Shown here piece after piece: positions 9,242-16,600 of a DNA stretch of 45,234 nucleotides. Numbering within the stretch: the stretch's first letter is position 1; the number at the start of each line of letters is the position of its first letter. The stretch is taken from NCBI GenBank assembly GCA_029573015.1, contig JAKQHK010000077.1, forward strand, positions 1-45,234, written 5' to 3'. The notes beneath the pieces are model-generated. The model saw only the letters and a list, made by a program, of their open reading frames with translations, did not search any database and was not told the origin of the DNA. This stretch comes from a bacterium (GTDB taxonomy: Bacteria > Patescibacteriota > CG2-30-54-11). The translations under genes were made by a program, and so were the position numbers.

Positions 9242-9317
9242 CACTACCCTCACCGTATGCTAAGAATTAAGAATCCAGCGCCCGTATAGTACTACACGTA
9301 TACCAGCGCTAACAAGT

Positions 9318-9350
9318 AAAAAAAAACAGTATCCGTTGAGGGATACTGTT
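9318..9350 (-). terminator. Rho-independent terminator after rplT
   Basis: The minus-strand RNA reads ACAGUAUCC-CUCAAC-GGAUACUGU followed by a run of nine U. Confidence 0.7.
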
Positions 9351-9379
9351 CTCTGACTTGCTAGCAGGCTGACAATCTA

Positions 9380-9730
9380 TCAGGCTTTTTTGGCTGCTGC
9401 AATAATAGCTTCGAAAGCTTTGGGCTCGCTTACCGCTAACTCAGCTAAAACTTTACGATTGATAACAATATTAGCTTTTTTCAAATTCGACATGAATTCC
9501 CGATAGCTGAGGCCGAACTGCTGAACTGCAGCATTGATGCGGACGATCCATAAACGCCGCATATCCCGTTTACGATTATGACGATCACGATAGGCGTAAA
9601 CGCCTGCATGTAGATTCGTTTCTCTGGCCTTCTTGATATGCTTGCTGCGTGTCGTCCGGTAGCCTTTTGCCCGCTGTAATTCTCTCTTGTGGCGTGCACG
9701 TGCCGTCACACCGCGTTTAACTCTGGTCAT
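9380..9730 (-). CDS. rplT: 50S ribosomal protein L20
   Basis: MTRVKRGVTARARHKRELQRAKGY... is the canonical L20 N-terminus. 116 aa. Confidence 0.95.
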   Translation of the reverse strand: MTRVKRGVTARARHKRELQRAKGYRTTRSKHIKKARETNLHAGVYAYRDRHNRKRDMRRLWIVRINAAVQQFGLSYREFMSNLKKANIVINRKVLAELAVSEPKAFEAIIAAAKKA

Positions 9731-9748
9731 GAGTTCCTGCTCCCCAAC

Positions 9749-9943
9749 TTATTTGCCTAATGAATTTTTGATCATGCGCGCTTCTGATCCGGTAGTCTGC
9801 ACTGCCTTCCCGTATTTACGGACAGTCCGTCGGGACTTGTGCGCCTTAAGTTTTGCTCCGCCGGCATACAGTCGCACCACCTTGCCGTTCTTCGTGACGC
9901 GGAAGCGTTTTTTGATCGCAGATTTGGTTCGTAATTTCGGCAT
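9749..9943 (-). CDS. rpmI: 50S ribosomal protein L35
   Basis: MPKLRTKSAIKKRFRVTKNGKV... is the canonical L35 sequence. The start is taken at this Met rather than the longer ORF (to 9976). Confidence 0.9.
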   Translation of the reverse strand: MPKLRTKSAIKKRFRVTKNGKVVRLYAGGAKLKAHKSRRTVRKYGKAVQTTGSEARMIKNSLGK

Positions 9944-10025
9944 GACACAACCTATGATTGAATATCTGACAGACAATTTGTAAGCTTAGCATATTTTTTC
10001 GGAAAAGAGAAGATGCTTTTTTTGC

Positions 10026-10553
10026 TTATTCTTCCTTACCCGGTTTGAAAATCATATACAGCATCCGGCGGTCAAAACTAGGGGCAAGCTCCACCTCCGC
10101 CACATCCCGCAAACCATCTTTCATCTTCTGTAAAATATCTCTCCCGAGTTCAGGATGGGTAATTTCGCGCCCCATAAACTTAATCGTTGCTTTAACCTTA
10201 TCCCCACCTTCAATAAATTTTCGAGCCTGATTAATCTTGACATTAACATCATTTTCGCTCGTATTCGGAGAAAGACGGATCTCCTTCAACTCGGCTTTCT
10301 TGGACATTTTTCTGGCTTTTTCCTGCTGTTTTTTCCGCTCGTAGCGCAGTTTATCAAAATCAACCAGCTTGCAGACAGGCGGGTCAGCTTCCGGAGCAAC
10401 CTCGACGAGGTCGTATCCGCGTTCCTCAGCAATGGCCAGTGCTTCGGTTGTTGCCAGGATACCCATCTGGCCACCACGTTCATCGATCAAACGAACATTC
10501 GGTGTTTGGATCTGCTCATTGAGACGCTGTTTTTGTTTAATCGTAACCCTCAT
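10026..10553 (-). CDS. infC: Translation initiation factor IF-3
   Basis: INEQI..PNVRLIDERGGQMGI N-domain, a lysine-rich linker and a C-domain. It sits in the classical infC-rpmI-rplT order. Confidence 0.93.
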   Translation of the reverse strand: MRVTIKQKQRLNEQIQTPNVRLIDERGGQMGILATTEALAIAEERGYDLVEVAPEADPPVCKLVDFDKLRYERKKQQEKARKMSKKAELKEIRLSPNTSENDVNVKINQARKFIEGGDKVKATIKFMGREITHPELGRDILQKMKDGLRDVAEVELAPSFDRRMLYMIFKPGKEE

Positions 10554-10625
10554 GGTTAATAGATGAAACTCCCAACGCGTATGATTTTACCATCGTTTAT
10601 CGCTATCTGACAAGCTCGCCAGCCC

Positions 10626-11897
10626 CTACAGTACAAGCAGTTTCCGGACTGCGTCTTCATCCACCACCCGCCGGGGAGCGATGAGTGCCAGATTCAATCT
10701 CGCTGTGTCAAACAGCCGCTGGGCAAACCGGCGGATATCCCTGCGCGTTACTGCATCGAACCGTTCAAAAATCTCATCCACACTTTGGATCTTGCCTTCC
10801 AGCAGTTCCTGCATGCCGAGATACTCGATCATGCCCGAGGTGTCCTCGAGGGAAAGCACGAACCGCCCCTTGATGTATTCCTTGGCTTTCTGGAGCTCTT
10901 TTTCCGTCACCAACTCATCCTTCATCCGCCGCAGCTCGACGAGAATTGCCTCCAGTGCCTGATTGATCCGATCCAGATCCACCCCCGCCTGAACATCGAA
11001 TTCCCCGGTATCGTAGTAATTGCTGATATCAGAGTGCACATAGTAGCAGAGTCCCTGCCGTTCCCGCACCGCGATAAACAGGCGCGAACTCATATTTGCC
11101 CCGAGAATGATATTCATCACCCGGCCTGTGTACCGATCCCGGTCATACCGGGAAAAACCACGGGTTCCAATCGACAGGTGCGCCTGCTCGGTTTTTTTGG
11201 GATGGAAGTGAAACACCGGTTCTGTCTGGTGTTCCCTGACCGGAAGAAACTGGATCTGTCGTTTGGCAGGAAAACCGCTGAAATACAATTCAATCTGCTT
11301 AAGTGCTTTTTTGGGATCAAAATCACCTGCCAGCCCGACGATCATATTGTCCAGAGTATAAAGGCTGTTCTTGTAGGCAACCATTTTGGCCCGCGTGGTG
11401 GCGGTGATCGCCTTTTTGGTGCCTACGGTCTTCCAGCCAAGCGGCTGGTCACCCCAGAGGGTCTGTTCATAGATTTCGCCGATATCCCGCATGGGCATGT
11501 CTTCATACATTTTAAGTTCTTCGAGGATGACCCCTTTCTCCCGTTCCAGCTCTGATTCCACAAATGTCGCATTGAGGAGCATGTCTGACAGCACATCAAG
11601 TGTCAAGGCAAGGTGTTTGGAACGAGCTTTGATGTAGTAAATCGTATATTCCTTGCTCGTCCCGGCATTGAACTCACCGCCGATACCGTCGACTTCCTCT
11701 GATATGGCCAGAGCCGAAGGCCGCTTCTTTGTTCCTTTGAAAAACATGTGCTCGAGAAAATGCGATATGCCATTGATATCCCGCTGTTCGTACCGGGAAC
11801 CAGCCCCGACAAATACGGTGCAGGATATGGATTTTACGTCCCGCATGGGCGCAAGCACCACCCGCAAACCATTAGGCAGGACAACTTTTTCAAACAT
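10626..11897 (-). CDS. M16 (pitrilysin) family zinc peptidase
   Basis: Inverted zinc motif HFLEH (GISHFLEHMFFKGT) near the N-terminus. 423 aa, typical for bacterial M16B. Confidence 0.88.
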   Translation of the reverse strand: MFEKVVLPNGLRVVLAPMRDVKSISCTVFVGAGSRYEQRDINGISHFLEHMFFKGTKKRPSALAISEEVDGIGGEFNAGTSKEYTIYYIKARSKHLALTLDVLSDMLLNATFVESELEREKGVILEELKMYEDMPMRDIGEIYEQTLWGDQPLGWKTVGTKKAITATTRAKMVAYKNSLYTLDNMIVGLAGDFDPKKALKQIELYFSGFPAKRQIQFLPVREHQTEPVFHFHPKKTEQAHLSIGTRGFSRYDRDRYTGRVMNIILGANMSSRLFIAVRERQGLCYYVHSDISNYYDTGEFDVQAGVDLDRINQALEAILVELRRMKDELVTEKELQKAKEYIKGRFVLSLEDTSGMIEYLGMQELLEGKIQSVDEIFERFDAVTRRDIRRFAQRLFDTARLNLALIAPRRVVDEDAVRKLLVL

Positions 11898-11913
11898 GCA
11901 TTCTCCTTAAGTA

Positions 11914-12855
11914 TCATTTGTCTTTATGCGAAGCAAGCGTAGTTAATGTAGCAATTTCCTGTGATTCCAGATGAAACCTCAGACAGGCATCGGTAGTGAC
12001 TACCTGCGCCGAAGGGGCGAGACGTCTGCGATCGCGGGCGATGCGGTGCAGCTGGATTTTTTTGCATACGTTTTCTACTATATCACCGAACCAGCCTCCC
12101 AACAACAGTTCCGCGGATCGCTTCACCAGCCGGGAGACGAACGTGTCTTCATAGACTGGAAAAGGCGGATACAGATACCAGGGATATTTCGGCACATAGC
12201 GTCTGATCCAGAGATTGTGCTGTTGAAAATGCCGGTATGTTTCATGTCCGTAACCAGGAACAAGATGGCTGAAAAGATGCGCGGTATACAGCGTCTGATG
12301 GTCAATCTGCAGACCATCCATGGTTACGAAGTGATTGAAGCACAATTTCCCCGCGGTTTTCCGGTCAGTACGGTACATGCCTGTCAACCTGGCAAATCCC
12401 ACCACCAGCATTCTCGTCATCCAGATTCTCTTACTCCGACATACAGTAAATATGTCAATGTCGCTCTCTACACGTGCATTATCCAGGGCTAGTGATCCGG
12501 ACACCCCCAGCATACGAATGAATGGAAAAAAACGATAGATAGCTATATAGGTGCGGGCTCGTTTCCAGTAGCGCGCTGCCTGCTGACTGCGCTGCTGGAA
12601 GGCATCGAGCAGGTGCTGTCTGCCAGAAAGCGCATGCAACCCGTGTGCAGTAATCAGATGACTGCGGACATATGAACTGCTAGCAAGCGTGTCCTGCAGT
12701 TCGGCGAGGGTAACGGAAGCAATACCGGAATACTGACCAGCATCCGGATTATGAAGATACAACCAAAGCTGATAGACAGAAAGCGGACAGGCAAACAGGT
12801 CATAATACTGCACGGTACTGACAATAATCTGCTCAAGATCCGAGGGCTGCAGCAT
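11914..12855 (-). CDS. Hypothetical protein with a Pol-beta-type nucleotidyltransferase core
   Basis: GVSGSLALDNARVESDIDIF fits the G-S-x(n)-D-x-D minimal NTase motif. The start overlaps the upstream stop as TAATG. Confidence 0.6.
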   Translation of the reverse strand: MLQPSDLEQIIVSTVQYYDLFACPLSVYQLWLYLHNPDAGQYSGIASVTLAELQDTLASSSYVRSHLITAHGLHALSGRQHLLDAFQQRSQQAARYWKRARTYIAIYRFFPFIRMLGVSGSLALDNARVESDIDIFTVCRSKRIWMTRMLVVGFARLTGMYRTDRKTAGKLCFNHFVTMDGLQIDHQTLYTAHLFSHLVPGYGHETYRHFQQHNLWIRRYVPKYPWYLYPPFPVYEDTFVSRLVKRSAELLLGGWFGDIVENVCKKIQLHRIARDRRRLAPSAQVVTTDACLRFHLESQEIATLTTLASHKDK

Positions 12856-13346
12856 TATTTCTCCCAGATGCTCCAGACAATGCTTTTTAACCAGACGATG
12901 GAACGTTCAATCCCGTCGGGAAGATAGACCCAGCGCCCGAGACGTTTCTGGAAATAATAATCAGCACGCTGTCCGGTAAAACGGTTGCCGTTCGGTGCCC
13001 GGTAATCCTGTACAACCTGGACGATCACCAGCTCCCCGTACTGGCGGACTTTCTGAATCTCATACTCGGTTATCTCGCCCCAGAGCGACATCTCGCTCTC
13101 GATCTCGGCGGTTTCCTCGAAATCTCCCGACAAACCGAGGCATTCCCGATAGGTGGCATAATCCTCTTCATTGCGTGCCCAGATATATGTCTCCAGCGTT
13201 GCATCATAGCTGTCGAATACTCCCGGGGTTTCCTGCCGTAACGGTTCTGGCTCTTTGACTACTGCCTTTTCAAAAAGCAGCAAGCCGACGATAAAGACTA
13301 CGATAATAATACCAAAGCAGCCTAATACCTGTTTCATACTGATCAA
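12855..13346 (-). CDS. Membrane-anchored hypothetical protein (possibly NTF2-like)
   Basis: N-terminal signal-anchor (CFGIIIVVFIVGLLLF) followed by about 130 soluble residues. No catalytic motif recognised. Confidence 0.55.
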   Translation of the reverse strand: MISMKQVLGCFGIIIVVFIVGLLLFEKAVVKEPEPLRQETPGVFDSYDATLETYIWARNEEDYATYRECLGLSGDFEETAEIESEMSLWGEITEYEIQKVRQYGELVIVQVVQDYRAPNGNRFTGQRADYYFQKRLGRWVYLPDGIERSIVWLKSIVWSIWEK

Positions 13347-13375
13347 AAATCTAAGTAAATAAGTGCCTGCACAGC

Positions 13376-14029
13376 TTACAAGTCATCCAGCAACTGCTGG
13401 ATATAGGTCGTTAACGTTTCCAGATCACGGGAGCCGCTGTATCTGAGACCATTGATAAAAATGGCCGGCGTACCGGGTATGTCTAATGCTGCGCCTGCCT
13501 GATAATCTTCTAAAACATTCTGTCTGTACTGCTGTGTAGTCAAAGCCTCAGTAAAAACAGTCAGATCCAGACCAAGCTGCTCAGCATACCCAAGCAAATG
13601 CTCCTGATCATACATCCCATAATTCGCCCAGAGCAGATCCTGGTATTCCCAAAATTTCCCCTGCGCTCCCGCAGCCTCATTGGCTTCCATGGCCAGCAGC
13701 GAGGTACTGGCTTCCCCGTCGAGCAGGAAATGGCGATGGATAACCCGCACATCATCAGGGTAGCGCTCCCGGAGCAGCGGCCAAACCGAAGCAAAATCCC
13801 GGCAATGGCTGCAGTTGAAGTCTGAGAATACAACCAGTGTGATCCTGGCCGTATCCGGACCTGCCTGCCAGGGAGCCTCCCCCACTACCAGACTGCTATC
13901 TCGCGGCTGTGCTTTTTCTTGCTGGGTCGCCACCGCAGCAAATCCTATGATGACCATACTAAGCAAAATGGTAATACTGACGATGATCGCGGTTGATCTG
14001 TCCTTGTGTTTCGATTTTGTTTTTCCCAT
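13376..14029 (-). CDS. DsbA-family thiol:disulfide oxidoreductase, membrane-anchored
   Basis: CxxC active site in FNCSHCRDF, a thioredoxin-fold context and an N-terminal TM anchor. ATG 14029 (MGKTKSK..) has GGAGG 5 nt upstream. The longest ORF runs to 14149. Confidence 0.75.
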   Translation of the reverse strand: MGKTKSKHKDRSTAIIVSITILLSMVIIGFAAVATQQEKAQPRDSSLVVGEAPWQAGPDTARITLVVFSDFNCSHCRDFASVWPLLRERYPDDVRVIHRHFLLDGEASTSLLAMEANEAAGAQGKFWEYQDLLWANYGMYDQEHLLGYAEQLGLDLTVFTEALTTQQYRQNVLEDYQAGAALDIPGTPAIFINGLRYSGSRDLETLTTYIQQLLDDL

Positions 14030-14164
14030 CGGGTCCTCCGAAAATATCCGTATCTGTAAGTATCCGCAGCCTATAATACCAGCAAACCGCGGGATTGGAC
14101 AGATAGAACGAGGACCTCCGCTTTCGCGGAGGTCCTCAGAAAAAAACATGAAAATCGAGTCAAT

Positions 14165-15100
14165 CTAACTATTTTTTTTCGGACGACCGGGTTTGCGCTT
14201 CGGACCCTGGGGCGGGCGACCGCGTTTGCCCTTTTTGGGTGTCAGGGGCTTCTCACCATTCTGCAACGACATCTCCAAATGTGACATACCCATGACCTTC
14301 TCAGCACGAACGATATCCTCTGCCCAGACCTGATCGCCATCACGCATCATCGCTTCATACAACGCTTTATCCGCAAGACGATTAACAACCCGCGGAACGC
14401 CTTTACTCCGCACATACAGCTCTCTCAGGGCATCCTGGGAAAAAGGCTGCTCTTTCAATCCGGCGATGTGAAAGCGAAATTCGATTTTTTTCACCATATC
14501 ATCGTAAGTCAAGGGTTCCAGCGCTGATTCGATGGCGATCCGCTCGGCAAGGTTCTTGGAACGGGGATCCCGCAGCTTGTCACGCATCTCATGCCGGCCG
14601 AAAACCAGCACCTGCAACAGCCCTTTCTCGTCGCGGTCTTTGAGTTCCAGCAGGTCGGATATTAAAGCATACAGCTCCTCTTTCATGCGTTCCCCATGAT
14701 CAACGATGAGCAAACAGGTTTTTCCTTCGTCCGCAACCTTTTTTTCAAGAAAACTGGAAAAGATCTGCATACTGTCAGCCATGGCTTTCTGGGTTTCGCC
14801 GACATCAAATTCCTGGATGATGGCACGCAGCATACGATTGTCTGTCTTGTACTGCGGATCCGCAAGCAGGACTGTCTCAAAATCCTGCTGGTCAGCAAAG
14901 CGCTGGAACAGGATACGCGACAACGATGTTTTCCCCGTCCCCGGACTGCCGTAGGTCACACCCAATCCGAGCTTGTTCTGGGCAGTGAACTGATTTTTAT
15001 CCATGGCTGTCTGATGCTGATCCGTCAGATAGAAAAAACGCGGATCAGGATGGGTGGAAAACGGTATTTCTTTAAGATCAAAATGCTTTTTGTACGGCAT
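14165..15100 (-). CDS. ExeA-like AAA+ ATPase with a C-terminal AT-hook tail
   Basis: Walker A GSPGTGKTS. The Walker B region reads LLIVDHGE. The N-terminus FDLKEIPFSTHPDPRFFY resembles ExeA/COG3267. The tail KKGKRGRPPQGPKRKPGRPKKNS contains two GRP AT-hook cores. Confidence 0.8.
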   Translation of the reverse strand: MPYKKHFDLKEIPFSTHPDPRFFYLTDQHQTAMDKNQFTAQNKLGLGVTYGSPGTGKTSLSRILFQRFADQQDFETVLLADPQYKTDNRMLRAIIQEFDVGETQKAMADSMQIFSSFLEKKVADEGKTCLLIVDHGERMKEELYALISDLLELKDRDEKGLLQVLVFGRHEMRDKLRDPRSKNLAERIAIESALEPLTYDDMVKKIEFRFHIAGLKEQPFSQDALRELYVRSKGVPRVVNRLADKALYEAMMRDGDQVWAEDIVRAEKVMGMSHLEMSLQNGEKPLTPKKGKRGRPPQGPKRKPGRPKKNS

Positions 15101-15141
15101 ATTTTCCTTTTTTATTTATTAATATTCAAAAAATCATTACT

Positions 15142-15169
15142 ATTATAGCATTATATCTATAAATGTAAA
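15142..15169 (-). promoter_or_regulatory. Candidate promoter for the AAA+ gene
   Basis: The minus strand reads TTTACA, 16 nt, TATAAT, in the AT-rich divergent intergenic region about 40 nt upstream of ATG 15100. Confidence 0.4.
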
Positions 15170-15176
15170 TATTTAT

Positions 15177-15204
15177 TTGACAGTTTTTTCAGAGCAAGTA
15201 TACT
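15177..15204 (+). promoter_or_regulatory. Candidate promoter for yidC
   Basis: TTGACA, 16 nt, TATACT. It lies 20 nt upstream of ATG 15225, which is preceded by GAAAGGA. Confidence 0.55.
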
Positions 15205-15224
15205 TTCCTGAGAAAGGAACTGCT

Positions 15225-16061
15225 ATGAATGCTATCACTACTGTGATAAATCAAATCGGCTATCAGGCATTTTACCGGCCGATCTATAATGCCCTCCTGC
15301 TACTCTACGGCTTATTTGAAGAAGCTGTCAGTATGGGAGTGGTGATCGTTGTCTTCGCGGTTTTGCTGCGCCTGATCCTCTTGCCTCTCTCCCTCATGCA
15401 AAATATCTCACCAGCCCTGCGATCTGATGTTGACCAGGCCATTCGCGCCATCCAAGAAAAATATCCGAACAATCCGGAGATGGAGAAAAAACTGACCCGC
15501 AAACTCCTGGGAGAAAACACCGGCTCACTCATTGCTTCGATGCTCACCCTGCTCATACAGACCATTGTTTTCTATGCGCTCTATCTCGTCTTCACGCAGG
15601 GCGTACAGGACGAAACAGGCAAAGCGCTCTACCAGTCGGTGGAACAGCCGATCCAGGTTAATTATGTATGGCTGAAAAAAATCGATATCCGCTCCCCGCA
15701 CCAGTTCCTCACGCTACTCACCGCTTTCCTCATCTTCATCAGAACGACATTAAATATCTTTGTTGATTTGCGCAGCACGCGGCGACAGGACAAATTCCTG
15801 CAGTACTTCCTTCCTGTCGGGGCATATATGCTGCTTATCCGCGTACCCGCCGCCCTGAGCATCTTTATCATCACCATCATGACATTCAGTATTGCAATCA
15901 TGATCATCCGGGAAATTGCCGGATTTATTGCCAAAAACTTTACCGCAGAACCACAGGCAGACGACACAACTGAGCGACTAGGACTTTTCCCGGACAGCGT
16001 CATGCCGGTGGATGACGACGGAACGAAACAAACGCAAGACGTGCAGGTTGAACAGAGATAA
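15225..16061 (+). CDS. yidC: YidC/Oxa1-family membrane protein insertase (short form)
   Basis: GVVIVVFAVLLRLILLPLSL first helix, an amphipathic region, multiple TM helices and a charged C-tail. The start is taken at MNAITT.. rather than TTG 15177, which I read as the -35 box. Confidence 0.8.
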   Translation: MNAITTVINQIGYQAFYRPIYNALLLLYGLFEEAVSMGVVIVVFAVLLRLILLPLSLMQNISPALRSDVDQAIRAIQEKYPNNPEMEKKLTRKLLGENTGSLIASMLTLLIQTIVFYALYLVFTQGVQDETGKALYQSVEQPIQVNYVWLKKIDIRSPHQFLTLLTAFLIFIRTTLNIFVDLRSTRRQDKFLQYFLPVGAYMLLIRVPAALSIFIITIMTFSIAIMIIREIAGFIAKNFTAEPQADDTTERLGLFPDSVMPVDDDGTKQTQDVQVEQR

Positions 16062-16081
16062 AAAAAGTAGTATCAGCAACC

Positions 16082-16600
16082 ATGTCAAAAAAAAACCGCA
16101 AAACCATACAAAAACCATCCGCACCTCGCAGGCGCTCTGCACCCTTCTTTATCTACGGTACGGTCTTTGCTGTCCTGTGCATACTGCTCCTCATGATCCT
16201 TCACACGGAAACGCCTGTAACAAGCGGGGAGGAAGCTCCCCTCTCGTCCGTCCCTGCCCCGGAACCTGTTACTGAAACAGCTTATATAAGTCTTACCGCG
16301 CCGGAAGCACACGAGCGCCTGCAGCAGGAACCGTGGCAAATACTTGATGTTCGTGAAGATAGCGAATATCAGAGCGGACACCTGCAAAACTCGCTCCATA
16401 TTCCTATGGATCAACTATCTGAAAGAGCAACGCAAGAGCTTGACAAAACAGCACCAGTGCTGGTGTATTGTCGATCTGGCAACCGCAGTGCAGTTGCAGC
16501 TGAGATACTCATCAATCTCGGTTTCGATCAGGTAATCAATCTCGACGGGGGAATCGTTGCCTGGCAATCCGGGGGCTATGCTGTGCAAACTAACGAGTAA
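16082..16600 (+). CDS. Membrane-anchored rhodanese-domain sulfurtransferase
   Basis: N-terminal TM helix plus a rhodanese domain with the active-site loop VYCRSGNRSAVAA. Confidence 0.85.
   Translation: MSKKNRKTIQKPSAPRRRSAPFFIYGTVFAVLCILLLMILHTETPVTSGEEAPLSSVPAPEPVTETAYISLTAPEAHERLQQEPWQILDVREDSEYQSGHLQNSLHIPMDQLSERATQELDKTAPVLVYCRSGNRSAVAAEILINLGFDQVINLDGGIVAWQSGGYAVQTNE

Noticed and set aside
13376-14149. Long N-terminal extensions of several ORF-track entries (13376..14149, 3684..5465, 27715..28680, 32285..33685, 34585..35892, 36791..37384, 23846..24577)
   Set aside because: In each case an internal ATG matches the conserved family N-terminus. It often has a good SD, and it removes an overlap with the upstream gene. 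The extensions have no homology-like sequence.
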